The notes: generated by a model not told the origin, from the sequence alone. 64,000 bases of DNA from Chloroherpeton thalassium (GCA_020722095.1 DYLM01000001.1:49152-113151); one strand, 5' to 3'. Numbered from the stretch's first letter, positions 1 through 11,031 are shown. A program made the numbers and translations.

Positions 1-1757
1 GATTCAAATTTCAACCCAACTTTGCGTAATATGTTTATTAAGTCAAGATTATCTTTTTGCGATAGGAATAGTTTTATTGATTTTGCGATTTTAGTTCCGA
101 TTTGATTAATAGATATTAATTCTTCTTCACTCATTTCTATTAACTTATCGATACTCCGTATTTCCTTTGCTATAATGTCGGCAACAAATTCACCAACATA
201 GCGAATGCCCAAACCAAATAGCACATTCTCGAAAGGTTTTTCTATGGATTTTTCTATTGCCTCAAATAAATTATTGATACTTTTCTCGCCCCAGCCATCT
301 AATTTTCTAATTTCATCTCTGTAATTTTCCAAAAAATATATATCTGATAATTTATTCATAAAACCACGAGATACAAATTCATCAATCGTTTTTTCACCAA
401 GAAATTCAATATTCATTGCATTGCGTGAAGCAAAATGCTCGATTTTCTTTCTGACTTGCCAAGGACAATTAGGGTCAATGCAATAGTATCCTGCTTCATC
501 TTCGAATTTCACTAAATTTGTTTGTAAATGGCAAGGACATTTTTTAGGAAATTCAAAAACTTTTGCTTTGGCATCTCTTTTGGCAAAATTTACTCCAACA
601 ACTTTTGGAATTATCTCCCCTCCTTTTTCCACATAAACATAATCTCCAACACGCAAATCGATTTCCTTTATGTAGTCCTCATTGTGCAGAGTTGCTCTTT
701 TTACCATTGTTTGTGCCAGATGCACGGGTTCTAACTCTGCCACAGGAGACACAATGCCTGTCCTGCCAACTTGATAGGTAATGTCAAGTAACTTTGTTTC
801 AACTTGCTCGGCTGTATATTTGTATGCTATTGCCCATTTTGGAAAGCGGCTTACTGTGCCTAACTCTTTTTGATAATTTATTGAATTTACTTTTATCACT
901 AATCCATCGATGTAAAACGGCAATTCATCTCTTTTTTGCTCCCATACTTCTATAAATTCTTTCAATTCGTTTAAATTACTTGTAGTTAAGTTGGAATTGA
1001 TGATATCAAAGCCTAATTGTTTTAAAAATTCAGTATTTTGCGATAATAAAGATAGTTGCTGATTTTCTGAAAATAAATAGTATGCTAAAAAATGCAATTC
1101 TCTTTGTGCAACTTCACTGGGATCTAATAGTTTTAATGTTCCTGAAGCAAGATTACGAGGATTTGCGTAAGTCTTTTGATTATTTGCAATTTGGCGATTA
1201 TTTATTTCAGCAAATGTATGTTTGAATATAAGTACTTCACCCCGAACTTCAATATTACTTAAATTATATCCATTAAAACTATTGAGTTCTTTTGGAATAT
1301 TTTTGATTTGTAAGGCATTCAATGTCACTTCATCTCCTACTTCGCCATCTCCACGAGTTACTGCATATTTTAATTTGCCATTTTCATAAACACAGCTTAA
1401 CGAGACTCCATCTAATTTTAATTCCACAAAATATTCTATACTTTCCACTCCCAACTGCTCCCGGTTTCTTCGGTCAAAGTCAATAATCTCTTGAAATGTA
1501 TAGGTATTAGGTAATGAAAGCATTCTTTGCTTATGCGTTATTTTTTTGAAAGTATTCACCTTATCGCTTGGAACATTTTGAGTTGGGGAACCCGCAACGA
1601 ATAAATCGGGATTTTCCTGTTCCAATCGTGTTAATTCTTTATATAATTTATCGTATTCAAAATCGCTAATAATGGAATTATGATTAACATAATATTCATA
1701 ATCATATTTTTCTATCAAGCTTCTGAGTTCTTTTATCCTTTCTTCTGCATTCATCAT
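1..1757 (-). CDS. ligA: NAD-dependent DNA ligase LigA, N-terminal ~585 aa; C-terminus runs off the window start
   Basis: Reverse-strand translation from the ATG at 1757 (complement of cat at 1755-1757) gives MMNAEERIKELRSLIEKYDYEYYVNHNSIISDFEYDKLYKELTRLEQENPDLF (LigA Ia/adenylation N-terminal pattern). Further in, around 700-800, it gives GRTGIVSPVAELEPVHLAQTMVKRAT (LigA OB-fold block). It is absent from the ORF track because no stop codon lies inside the window. The start sits 7 bp below the ptsI stop. Confidence 0.8.
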   Translation of the reverse strand, partial: MMNAEERIKELRSLIEKYDYEYYVNHNSIISDFEYDKLYKELTRLEQENPDLFVAGSPTQNVPSDKVNTFKKITHKQRMLSLPNTYTFQEIIDFDRRNREQLGVESIEYFVELKLDGVSLSCVYENGKLKYAVTRGDGEVGDEVTLNALQIKNIPKELNSFNGYNLSNIEVRGEVLIFKHTFAEINNRQIANNQKTYANPRNLASGTLKLLDPSEVAQRELHFLAYYLFSENQQLSLLSQNTEFLKQLGFDIINSNLTTSNLNELKEFIEVWEQKRDELPFYIDGLVIKVNSINYQKELGTVSRFPKWAIAYKYTAEQVETKLLDITYQVGRTGIVSPVAELEPVHLAQTMVKRATLHNEDYIKEIDLRVGDYVYVEKGGEIIPKVVGVNFAKRDAKAKVFEFPKKCPCHLQTNLVKFEDEAGYYCIDPNCPWQVRKKIEHFASRNAMNIEFLGEKTIDEFVSRGFMNKLSDIYFLENYRDEIRKLDGWGEKSINNLFEAIEKSIEKPFENVLFGLGIRYVGEFVADIIAKEIRSIDKLIEMSEEELISINQIGTKIAKSIKLFLSQKDNLDLINILRKVGLKFE

Positions 1758-1763
1758 TCAAAT

Positions 1764-3482
1764 CTAATATTTTATAAAATCATAATTTTCTTCATTGTTA
1801 ATAATTGAATTTGTGTATCGAACGGCATCTTGATAATTAATTGATAATATCTTTTGTTTAATTTCAAGATAAGAAGATGGAGCAACACTTAATTCGTTAA
1901 TTCCAAGACCAATAAAAATTTCTGTCATTTTGCTATATCGAGCAAGTTCACCACAAATTGCTACCGGAATATTGTGCTTTTTCCCAGCATTTGCTACTTG
2001 TTGAATAATCCTCAATATACTGATATGCACTTGATTGAAATATTCGGAGAGTTGCTCATTTGTTCGGTCTGCCGCTAAAACATATTGTACTAAATCATTA
2101 GTGCCAATACTGAAAAAATCAACTATTTGCGCAAATTCATCTGCAATAATTGCCGCCGCAGGTGTTTCAATCATTATACCAATAGGTAATTTATCATCAA
2201 ATTCAATACCTTTACTAATTAATTCTGCTTTTACCAAATTAATTAATTCTTTGGTTTTCCTTACTTCGCAAATGGAGGATATCATTGGGAGCATTAATTT
2301 GACATTTTTCAATTTGGAAGCCATTAAAATTGCTTTCAACTGGTTTGCAAACAATTCTTTATTTTTAAGCAAATATCTAATTCCACGCAAACCCAAAGCA
2401 GGATTTTCTTCTTTTGTTAATATATCATCAAGATATTTATCGCTTCCAAGGTCGAAAGCACGGAAAATTACTTGTTTTGGATATAATTTTTCTGCAATAT
2501 CAATGTAATTCTTAAATTGCTCTTCAACAGAAGGCAGTTTGCTATATTTCATTACAAGTGTTTCCGTACGCACCAAGCCCAACCCACCCGAATTTAACTT
2601 TATTGATTCTTCAATATCCTCATCATTATTGATATTACAGAATAAATTAACTGAATAATCATCTTTTGTTTTTGTTGGCTGATCTTTTAGGTTAAGTAAA
2701 AGTTTATGTTTTTCCTTGATTTCTGTAATTTTCTTTTTGTATAATTTTATTTCTTCTTCTGTTGGATTAATTATAATTTCCGAATCAATTGCGTTAACGA
2801 TAACTAAATCATTATTTTTAATTAATTCTGTTGCATTTGAAACTCCAATGATTGTAGGAATTTTATAAGAGCGAGCCAAAATAACAAAATGAGATGTTAT
2901 TCCACCAAGTTCTGTAATTATTGCTTTTACTTTTCTTCTTTTTAATTGAACAACTTCTATTGGCGAAATAGAATGTGCAATAACTATCGAATTATTCTCG
3001 ATTTGTTTTTGCAAATTTAAATTTTGCAGATTATTTAAAATTTTATTTTTAATATTTTCAAATTCAAAGTATTTTTCGCGAATTGCTGGTTCTTTGGCTT
3101 GCCTTAATTTAGTTTCAATTTTCAAGAATTCATTGATTACGGAATTTTCTGCATTGATTTTTTTTTCGATATTTTTATGAATTTGTCGTAAAAAAAAGTC
3201 ATCTTCGAGAATCATCATTTCTGATTTCAGTATATTTACTGTTTCCTTTTCGTTTTTTGAAACTATTTTAAGTGCATTTTTATATTCCTTTTTTACAGAT
3301 GAATAAGCATTTTTTAATCTTTGTTTTTCTACATCAATTCCAGCGAACTCGTTGGAATATTGATCGCTTAAATCATCAAAATGATCGATGATACATACCT
3401 TGCCGAATACAATTCCACTTGAAACTGATATTCCTGATAAATATCTTTCTTTAGTATTTGTTGGAGTTTGTGTTTCGCTCAT
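1764..3482 (-). CDS. ptsI: phosphoenolpyruvate-protein phosphotransferase (PTS enzyme I)
   Basis: 572 aa. Contains GGITSHFVILARSYKIPTIIGV (phospho-His region, cf. GGRTSHAAI) and a C-terminal PEP-utilizer block ...NIPVAICGELA. Overlaps ptsH by 4 bp. Confidence 0.85.
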   Translation of the reverse strand: MSETQTPTNTKERYLSGISVSSGIVFGKVCIIDHFDDLSDQYSNEFAGIDVEKQRLKNAYSSVKKEYKNALKIVSKNEKETVNILKSEMMILEDDFFLRQIHKNIEKKINAENSVINEFLKIETKLRQAKEPAIREKYFEFENIKNKILNNLQNLNLQKQIENNSIVIAHSISPIEVVQLKRRKVKAIITELGGITSHFVILARSYKIPTIIGVSNATELIKNNDLVIVNAIDSEIIINPTEEEIKLYKKKITEIKEKHKLLLNLKDQPTKTKDDYSVNLFCNINNDEDIEESIKLNSGGLGLVRTETLVMKYSKLPSVEEQFKNYIDIAEKLYPKQVIFRAFDLGSDKYLDDILTKEENPALGLRGIRYLLKNKELFANQLKAILMASKLKNVKLMLPMISSICEVRKTKELINLVKAELISKGIEFDDKLPIGIMIETPAAAIIADEFAQIVDFFSIGTNDLVQYVLAADRTNEQLSEYFNQVHISILRIIQQVANAGKKHNIPVAICGELARYSKMTEIFIGLGINELSVAPSSYLEIKQKILSINYQDAVRYTNSIINNEENYDFIKY

Positions 3483-3745
3483 AATTCACCAAAACCACTT
3501 GAAATTAAATTATACAGTTCTTCCATTGCTTCATTTTCGTCTTTACCTTCTACAGATAAAATCAATTTTGTGCCCTGACCAGCACCAAGAGTCATTACAC
3601 CTATAATACTTTTAGCATTTATACTAAACCCTTCATTTATAATGTAAATTTCGGATTTATATTTTGCTGCTGTCTTCACAATCAACGAAGCGGGACGCGT
3701 GTGGATGCCAGATCTATTTTCAACTACTACTTCTTTTTCTATCAT
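3479..3745 (-). CDS. ptsH: phosphocarrier protein HPr
   Basis: 88 aa. GIHTRPA (His15 site) and KSIIGVMTLG (Ser46 region). Confidence 0.85.
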   Translation of the reverse strand: MIEKEVVVENRSGIHTRPASLIVKTAAKYKSEIYIINEGFSINAKSIIGVMTLGAGQGTKLILSVEGKDENEAMEELYNLISSGFGEL

Positions 3746-3758
3746 AATTTTTGTATTG

Positions 3759-5030
3759 CTATTTTAATGCTCTATGACCAATATCTTTTCGGTAATATTT
3801 ATTCTCAAAGTTGATATTTGATATAGTTTCATAAATGTTGTCTAAACTTTGTTTCAAGGAATTATCCGCACTTACAATTGCCAAGACTCTTCCTCCATTT
3901 GTGACAATTTGATTATCTTTTTCTGCAGTTCCCGAATGATAAATTTTAATATTCTTGTTTTGGATCTTATCCAATCCACAAATTACATATCCCTTTTCAA
4001 ATGTTTCAGGGTAACCTTTGGAAGCCAAAATAACACAACTTGCAAACTTATTTTTAGTAATCTGTATTGCCGTTTTATCAATTTTCCCAATTGCCACAGA
4101 ATAAAGTAATCCTGCAAAATCGCCTTCAACTAATTCAAGAACAGCCTCGGTTTCGGGATCGCCAAACCTTGCATTAAACTCAACTACCTTTGAATTTCCA
4201 TTTTTATCAATCATTAAACCTGCATACAGGCAACCTTTGAATATACGATTTTCGGATTGCATTGCTAAAAGAGTGGGTTTTATGATGGTTGATTCTATTT
4301 TCTCAAGTATTTTTGCTGTCACAATTGGTGCAGGTGAATAAGCGCCCATTCCTCCTGTATTCAGTCCAGTATCGCCCTCGCCTATCCGTTTATGGTCTTG
4401 TGCTGAAGGTAAAAGTAGGTAATCGTTGCCGTCTGTTATTGCAAAAATACTTGCCTCTTCCCCTTCCATAAATTCTTCAACAACAATTTTGAAACCAGCA
4501 TCTGCAAATTTTCCAGAAAAATAATCATTAATCGTAACTTCAAATTCATTTATGTCATTACAAATGGCAACTCCTTTGCCTGCGGCAAGTCCGTCTGCTT
4601 TCACTACAATTGGGAAACCCAAGGAATTTGCAAATTCATTTATTTCTTCAATTGAATCAGTTTTGGAAAATGACCTAAAGCGTGCAGTCGGAATTCCATA
4701 CTTTTGCATTAAAGTTTTGGAAAATACTTTTGAAGATTCAATTTCAGTGGCTAATTTACTGGGACCAAATGCTGCGATATTTTGTTGCTCTAAATAGTCA
4801 GTAATTCCCTCGGCAAGAGGCTGTTCGGGACCAATCACAACTAAATCAATTTGATTATCCTTGCAAAAAACAGAAATTTCTTCGAAATTCATTGAAAGCA
4901 AGTTGGTCTTTTGTGCAATTTGAAAAATACCAGGATTTCCGGGAAATGCCCAAATGATATTATTTGATGATTTGAATTTGTTTATTATTGCATGCTCTCT
5001 TGCACCGCTACCAATTACAAGTATATTCAT
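3759..5030 (-). CDS. purD: phosphoribosylamine-glycine ligase
   Basis: 423 aa. N-terminus MNILVIGSGAREHAI matches the PurD signature; ATP-grasp core. Confidence 0.85.
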   Translation of the reverse strand: MNILVIGSGAREHAIINKFKSSNNIIWAFPGNPGIFQIAQKTNLLSMNFEEISVFCKDNQIDLVVIGPEQPLAEGITDYLEQQNIAAFGPSKLATEIESSKVFSKTLMQKYGIPTARFRSFSKTDSIEEINEFANSLGFPIVVKADGLAAGKGVAICNDINEFEVTINDYFSGKFADAGFKIVVEEFMEGEEASIFAITDGNDYLLLPSAQDHKRIGEGDTGLNTGGMGAYSPAPIVTAKILEKIESTIIKPTLLAMQSENRIFKGCLYAGLMIDKNGNSKVVEFNARFGDPETEAVLELVEGDFAGLLYSVAIGKIDKTAIQITKNKFASCVILASKGYPETFEKGYVICGLDKIQNKNIKIYHSGTAEKDNQIVTNGGRVLAIVSADNSLKQSLDNIYETISNINFENKYYRKDIGHRALK

Positions 5031-5162
5031 ATTTAATCCAATTAAGAAACAATAGACGAATAATATTCGTAAAGAACTTTTAATTATAAATAAAAATTAA
5101 AAAAACAAAGTTAAAATTTTTCAATTAATTATTAGTCTTTATAACAAAAATAATTCAAAAAT

Positions 5163-5948
5163 ATGAAATTTAAACTAATTATTATTACATCAATCTTAAT
5201 AGTTGTTTTTTCAACTATTAATCTCTTATCAAATACGATTTTTCAAGCAAATGAATATCTTGAATATGAAGTCTCATATTTTGGTATAAAATTAGGCACA
5301 ATAACTGTGAAAACCTTAGAACCCGAAAAAGTAAATAACCAACTCTTGTACAAAGCCTCCGCTTTGATGCAATCAGCCAAAGGTATTCCATTTATCTCAT
5401 TGTATACTGAATTCAATACTTGGATGGACGAGAGCTTGGCTTACTCACATAAATTTGTAGGAAATGTTAAAACTTCGGATGGATGGGACTACAATAAGAT
5501 ATTGTTTGATTATAAAAAAAATAAAATTTACAATAAGCACTGGCTTAATGATAGTATGATTACCAATGATGTATTCGATAATAATCAGAAAGTTAATGAT
5601 GGTTATTCATTATTTTTTTATGCTCGTCAATTTGCAAATTTGAACAAGAACATCATTGTTCCTACTTTTATTGATAAAGTTTATAAAACAAAAATTAATT
5701 TCACAGATAGAATTGAACCTGCTGAAATTGATGCAATTCCTTATCCCGTAAGAACTAAATATCTTGATGGAAAAGCAGAATGGGAAGGAATCTACGGTTT
5801 GTCAGGCAAGTTCAAAGGCTGGTTCTCTGATGACGAAGCTCGAATTCCAATCGTTGCTTATATGAATGTTTATGTTGGCAAAGTAGTGATTGAATTAAAG
5901 AAATGGAAGCGTGAAGGTTGGACTCCACCCAAGTATATTAAAAAATAA
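5163..5948 (+). CDS. secreted DUF3108-like protein
   Basis: 261 aa with an N-terminal signal peptide. The YEVSYFGIKLGTITVK block resembles the DUF3108 family. Confidence 0.45.
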   Translation: MKFKLIIITSILIVVFSTINLLSNTIFQANEYLEYEVSYFGIKLGTITVKTLEPEKVNNQLLYKASALMQSAKGIPFISLYTEFNTWMDESLAYSHKFVGNVKTSDGWDYNKILFDYKKNKIYNKHWLNDSMITNDVFDNNQKVNDGYSLFFYARQFANLNKNIIVPTFIDKVYKTKINFTDRIEPAEIDAIPYPVRTKYLDGKAEWEGIYGLSGKFKGWFSDDEARIPIVAYMNVYVGKVVIELKKWKREGWTPPKYIKK

Positions 5949-6011
5949 TTTTTTAGATTTTTTAAAGTTTATACGCTTATTTGTAATTTTGTATAATAAT
6001 AAATTTGAACT

Positions 6012-6293
6012 ATGGATAAAGACCAAATTCAGAAAATCGCATCACTTGCTCACTTGAACTTTAATGACTCGGAATTAGAGCAATTTACTGAACAATTCAA
6101 CAAGATTCTGGGTTATATTTCATCAATCGATAAATTAGATATTGCTGATTTAGAACCACTTACACGCCCAAGTGAAGAACAGAATAATTTACGAAGTGAT
6201 TCAATTAAACCATCTATAAATAAAGAAGATGCCTTACTAAATGCTCCCCAAAAGAATGAAGTTTTTTTTAAAGTTCCAAAAGTATTGGAATAA
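6012..6293 (+). CDS. gatC: Asp-tRNA(Asn)/Glu-tRNA(Gln) amidotransferase subunit C
   Basis: 93 aa. Pattern IxKIAxLAxLxxxxxELExFxxQxxxILxYxxxxxxLD is typical of GatC. Confidence 0.8.
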   Translation: MDKDQIQKIASLAHLNFNDSELEQFTEQFNKILGYISSIDKLDIADLEPLTRPSEEQNNLRSDSIKPSINKEDALLNAPQKNEVFFKVPKVLE

Positions 6294-6317
6294 CAGATTT
6301 CTTAAAAAATACAGATT

Positions 6318-7076
6318 TTGATGAAAACTATTGCCATTATTCCTGCAAGATTGAATTCCACTCGATTGCCACGCAAACTATTAGCAAAACTTGGCGATAA
6401 GTATATTTTCCAGCTTGTTTACGAAAAGGTTTCGCCAGTAAGTCAGATTGCAAATACTTTAATCGCAACCGATAGCGAAGAGATTATGGCAATTTGCAAA
6501 GATTTAGGTTTTAATGCCACTTTAACTCCCGATAATTTCCAAAGTGGCACAGATAGAATTTGGTATGCTTACCAACAGATAAATGAAATATATGATTTAA
6601 TTTTAAATGTTCAAGGTGATGAACCATTTATAAGCGAAGATTTGTTAAGTGATTTCCTTAAATACCTTGATAATAATGTGTTTGATGTTGGAACAATTAT
6701 ATCTTCAAACATTACAACAAACGAAATTACTGACCCAAATGTTGTAAAAGTTATCTGCGATTCAAGTAATTATGCAATGTATTTCTCACGTTCTCCGATT
6801 CCCTTCATTCGAGATAAAAATGAATTTGAGAATGCCGATATTTCTAAATTGAATTTGTATTACAAGCATATTGGAATATATGCTTACAAACCAGAAGCAT
6901 TAAAGTTATTTGCTGAATTGCCTCAATCTCCACTTGAAAAATTAGAAAAATTAGAACAACTACGATTATTACAAAATGGAAGTAAATATTTGTGCTTCCA
7001 AACTAATCAAGAACTTTTATCTATTGATACTGCTCAAGATTTAGCGGAAGCACAATTAAGATTTAACCGATTGTAA
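6318..7076 (+). CDS. kdsB: 3-deoxy-manno-octulosonate cytidylyltransferase (CMP-Kdo synthetase)
   Basis: 252 aa. IIPARLNSTRLPRK N-terminal motif. Confidence 0.85.
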   Translation: MMKTIAIIPARLNSTRLPRKLLAKLGDKYIFQLVYEKVSPVSQIANTLIATDSEEIMAICKDLGFNATLTPDNFQSGTDRIWYAYQQINEIYDLILNVQGDEPFISEDLLSDFLKYLDNNVFDVGTIISSNITTNEITDPNVVKVICDSSNYAMYFSRSPIPFIRDKNEFENADISKLNLYYKHIGIYAYKPEALKLFAELPQSPLEKLEKLEQLRLLQNGSKYLCFQTNQELLSIDTAQDLAEAQLRFNRL

Positions 7077-7091
7077 TTACCGATAAATTAT

Positions 7092-9476
7092 TTATTTTTC
7101 TAATATTGAATTGTCAAATTCTGTTTTACATTCTGGACATTTAATAAATTTATCCCATTCACCTTCGGAATTTTTCCTAAAATGATATTCCAAATATGGA
7201 TTATTGCAATTCGGACAAGCGTGATTAATTGGTTCATAATTAGTTAAGTAATCACATTTTGGATAATTTGAGCAAGACCAAAACTTCTTTTTTGTTTTGG
7301 GGGAATATCTTTCAACTAAATGACCTTCATTACATTTTGGACATTTGACATTTGAAGTAAGTGGCAAAATTCCCTTACAATTTGGATAATCAACGCAACC
7401 CAAGAATTTACCATATCTACCTTCTCGTAAATACATTGGTTTTCCGCAAATAGGACAAACTGCACCTGGATAAATTTCTGGTTGCTTTTTCTCTTTTTCC
7501 TCATTGTTTTTTGGAAGAGGTTTGGTGAATTTGCAAGTTGGATAATTTGAACAACCTAAAAATCTACCTTTTCTGCTAACTTTGATTGTTAGCGTGCCAC
7601 CGCATTCTGGGCATATTGTTTCAGAATTTGTCGTAGGGTCGGTTTGGGCATCATTCAGAGTTTTCGAGAAAGGTTCATAGAACTCATTAACTGTTTGCAA
7701 ATAAGTTTTATCGCCTTCAGCAATTTCATCAAGTTCTTCTTCCATTTTGGAAGTGAAATTAACATTAAAAATTGAATCAAAACTTGCAACTAAAATATCA
7801 TTTACATCAAATCCAAGTTGAGTAGGACGGAATGATTTTTTCTCCAACTCCACATATTTACGGTCTGATAAAGTAGAAACAATCGTTGCATAAGTGCTTG
7901 GACGTCCAATTCCTAATTCATCTAAAATTTTAATTAAACTTGCTTGTGTAAATCGTGCAGGTGGTTTAGTTCCTGCTTGTTTAGAGGTTGCAGAAGTCAG
8001 TGAAAGTTTTTTGCCAACTTCAATTCCTTTTGGGAGAATAATTTCTTTGTCTTCATCGTCATTTGTTGCATTTTCGTCCTTTTCGTCTTCTGCTTCCGTA
8101 TAAATTTTCATATATCCATCAAATTTTACAACCGAACCAGTGGCTCTAAAAATAAATCCATTCGATGAAATCTCCACAACAGTCTGTTCTAAAATTGCAT
8201 TGCTCATTTGTGATGCAACAAATCTAAAATAAATCAACTGATAAAGTGCCATTTCGTCTTTTGTGAGCGACTTCTTCAATTCTTTTAAGTCATATTGAAC
8301 ATTTGTTGGACGAATTGCTTCGTGAGCATCTTGCATATTTTTTGATTTTGATTCATAAGTATTTGGTGTTTTTGGTAAATAGTTTTCACCATAATTGGTG
8401 GATACATATTCACGGACGCTTTTTATTGCATCATCACTTACTCTAACTGAATCGGTTCTCATATATGTAATCAAACCGACAAGTTCATCATTGCCAATAT
8501 TTACACCTTCGTATAATTTTTGAGCAATTTGCATTGTTTTCTTATTAGTAAATCCTAATTGTTTGGCTGCTTCTTGTTGCAATGTACTTGTTGTAAAAGG
8601 TGCATTAGGTCGGCGAACAACATCTTTGGTTTGTTTCTTTGTTATTTCGTATTCTTGAATTTGCTTAATTTGAGCAAGTAAGTTATCGGCTTGCTCTTTG
8701 TTTTTTATAAAATGTAATTTGGATATTTGATTCTTTATTTTTTTAGTTTCTTCAGGGGTATTTCCTTTGGCTGAACCACTTGGCTTTTGAATTAACTTAT
8801 TTTCAAATGCAACTAATAGTGTAGGCAATTTACTTATACTCGGACATTTAAAATCTGCAAAAATATTCCAATATTCAATAGATTCAAAACCTAAAATTTC
8901 TCGTTCCCGCTCGCAAATCAATCGTAATGCAACAGATTGCACTCGTCCTGCACTTAATGCTTCACTTGTTTTTCCTATCATTTTGTTTGACAAAAATGGA
9001 GAAACTTGGAAACCAATAATTCTATCCATCACTCGGCGGGCTTGTTGGCTCATAAATAAATTATGATCAATATCTCTTGCACTTGTAATACCTTTGTTAA
9101 TTCCACTTTTAGTTATCTCGTTAAAAATAACGCGTTTGATTTTATTATTTACTGGGGTAATTTCATCTGCTAAATGGTATGCAATGGCTTCACCTTCGCG
9201 GTCGGGGTCGGTAGCGATTAGCACATCTCCACTTTCTTTTGCAATATCCTTTAATTCTTTAATTACTTTTGCTTTACCTTTTATAACTTCATACTTTGGT
9301 TGGAAATTATTGTCTAAATCAATACCAAGGCTATAGTTCGGTAAGTCTTTAATATGTCCAATAGATGATTTGACAATATAATTATTGCCAAGATATTTAT
9401 TTATTGTTTTTGCTTTTGCAGGCGATTCTACTACTACCAATGTTTTTAATTGGCTTTTGGCTGATGATTTGCTCAT
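7092..9476 (-). CDS. topA: DNA topoisomerase I
   Basis: 794 aa. Toprim N-terminus TLVVVESPAKAKTI, plus four C-terminal C4 zinc ribbons (CPECGG...C..YP.C repeated). Confidence 0.9.
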   Translation of the reverse strand: MSKSSAKSQLKTLVVVESPAKAKTINKYLGNNYIVKSSIGHIKDLPNYSLGIDLDNNFQPKYEVIKGKAKVIKELKDIAKESGDVLIATDPDREGEAIAYHLADEITPVNNKIKRVIFNEITKSGINKGITSARDIDHNLFMSQQARRVMDRIIGFQVSPFLSNKMIGKTSEALSAGRVQSVALRLICEREREILGFESIEYWNIFADFKCPSISKLPTLLVAFENKLIQKPSGSAKGNTPEETKKIKNQISKLHFIKNKEQADNLLAQIKQIQEYEITKKQTKDVVRRPNAPFTTSTLQQEAAKQLGFTNKKTMQIAQKLYEGVNIGNDELVGLITYMRTDSVRVSDDAIKSVREYVSTNYGENYLPKTPNTYESKSKNMQDAHEAIRPTNVQYDLKELKKSLTKDEMALYQLIYFRFVASQMSNAILEQTVVEISSNGFIFRATGSVVKFDGYMKIYTEAEDEKDENATNDDEDKEIILPKGIEVGKKLSLTSATSKQAGTKPPARFTQASLIKILDELGIGRPSTYATIVSTLSDRKYVELEKKSFRPTQLGFDVNDILVASFDSIFNVNFTSKMEEELDEIAEGDKTYLQTVNEFYEPFSKTLNDAQTDPTTNSETICPECGGTLTIKVSRKGRFLGCSNYPTCKFTKPLPKNNEEKEKKQPEIYPGAVCPICGKPMYLREGRYGKFLGCVDYPNCKGILPLTSNVKCPKCNEGHLVERYSPKTKKKFWSCSNYPKCDYLTNYEPINHACPNCNNPYLEYHFRKNSEGEWDKFIKCPECKTEFDNSILEK

Positions 9477-9546
9477 AAAAATGTGAAATTTATTTTTAGA
9501 TAAAAAACAAAATTAAAACAAATTTGTAAATAAATTGGTTTTTAGA

Positions 9547-11031
9547 TTAAAAGACGCTTTCTTCTTCAAAATCTTGATAGTTGTTTTCGTAACTTGGATA
9601 ATCCACTTCATCGTTACTTTCAATTCTTTCATCTAAATTATCTACTTCTTGCGATTCATTCATTCCGATTGCTGCATTTTCGAACCTTGCATAATTCTTA
9701 ATGAAGGCTAATCTTGCTGTTCCAGTCGGTCCATTTCTTTGTTTTCCAACAATTACCTCTGCCATATTCAATGTGGAATATTTCTTTTCTTTGTCAAAGA
9801 ATTGTATTCCAAAATATTCTGGACGATGGACAAACATAACCACATCGGCATCTTGCTCTATCGAGCCCGACTCACGCAAATCTGAAAGCATTGGTCTTTT
9901 GTCGGGACGTTTCTCCACATCACGATTAAGCTGTGATAATGCCACTACTGGTATATCCAATTCTTTTGCTAATTGCTTGAGAGAACGAGAAATCATAGAT
10001 ATTTCACGCTCACGTGATTCTGCTTTGTGAGAGCTAATTAATTGCAAGTAATCAATAAAAATTGCTCTAATTCCATTTTCGGTCTTCATTCGACGAGCTT
10101 TTGCCCTAATTTCCATCACAGTCAAAGCGGCACTATCATCAATATAAATTGGTAATTCTGCTATCACGCCCAAACTCTCTACAATTCTACTATCATCTTC
10201 GTTGGAAATAATCCCTTTAGTAATTTTGTGCTGATCTATCTTTGCTTCGGAACTTATCAAACGCGTTACTAATTGATGCGCACTCATTTCAAGCGAAAAA
10301 AATGCTACGGGCATTCTTGAGTGAAGAGCAATATTCCTTGCTATAGACATTGCTAATGCTGTCTTCCCCATAGATGGACGCGCTGCGATTATTATCAAAT
10401 CAGATTTATGCAATCCGCCAAGCAAATGGTCTAAATCATAAAAGTGCGTAAGAACATTTTCTTGATTATTCAAATCTCCTTTTCGGATATTTTTGATTAT
10501 TGTATATGTTTCTCTTGATAATGACTTCAAACTAAGATATGATTTTTTCAATCTTTTCTCGGCAATAGAGAAGATTTTAGCTTCAGCACTATCTATTTGC
10601 TCTAATGCATCAGAGGTTTCGTTTCTTGCATTTTCAATTATACTTTCTGATGTCTCAATCAAACTTCTTTTGATAAACTTTTCAGTTACAATTTTTGCAT
10701 AATCATCAAAATTGGAAGAATTGGCTACATAATTGGTTAATTCTACTAAATATCGGGAACCTCCAATATCTTCCAACTGATTACGAGAGGATAAATATTC
10801 GGAAACTGTTAATGGGTCAGCAGCCTGATTTTTCTCGTAAAGGCTCATTATTGCTTGATAAATTTGCTTATTTCCCATATTGTAAAAAGCATCTTTATCT
10901 AACATTTCAATTGCTCGAGAAATGTTTTTGTTGGAAATTAGCATTGCCCCAAGCAGTGCTTTCTCGGCATCTTCGGAATGTGGCATAGTTTTAAATTCAA
11001 AGTCGCTCATATTTTTGGATAATTCTGTCAA
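9547..11031 (-). CDS. dnaB: replicative DNA helicase DnaB
   Basis: 494 aa. Walker A ARPSMGKTALAMSIA and the DnaB C-terminal RecA-like domain. No intein. Confidence 0.9.
   Translation of the reverse strand: MTELSKNMSDFEFKTMPHSEDAEKALLGAMLISNKNISRAIEMLDKDAFYNMGNKQIYQAIMSLYEKNQAADPLTVSEYLSSRNQLEDIGGSRYLVELTNYVANSSNFDDYAKIVTEKFIKRSLIETSESIIENARNETSDALEQIDSAEAKIFSIAEKRLKKSYLSLKSLSRETYTIIKNIRKGDLNNQENVLTHFYDLDHLLGGLHKSDLIIIAARPSMGKTALAMSIARNIALHSRMPVAFFSLEMSAHQLVTRLISSEAKIDQHKITKGIISNEDDSRIVESLGVIAELPIYIDDSAALTVMEIRAKARRMKTENGIRAIFIDYLQLISSHKAESREREISMISRSLKQLAKELDIPVVALSQLNRDVEKRPDKRPMLSDLRESGSIEQDADVVMFVHRPEYFGIQFFDKEKKYSTLNMAEVIVGKQRNGPTGTARLAFIKNYARFENAAIGMNESQEVDNLDERIESNDEVDYPSYENNYQDFEEESVF

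Noticed and set aside
2035-2508. Antisense ORFs of 60-160 aa embedded in large genes (for example 2035-2508, 3849-4109, 14303-14503, 42211-42516, 43390-43815, 45393-45761, 52687-53013, 60175-60504)
   Set aside because: Each is fully contained in a well-supported CDS on the opposite strand. They have AT-rich, low-complexity translations and no start context. They are chance ORFs typical of a ~33% GC genome.
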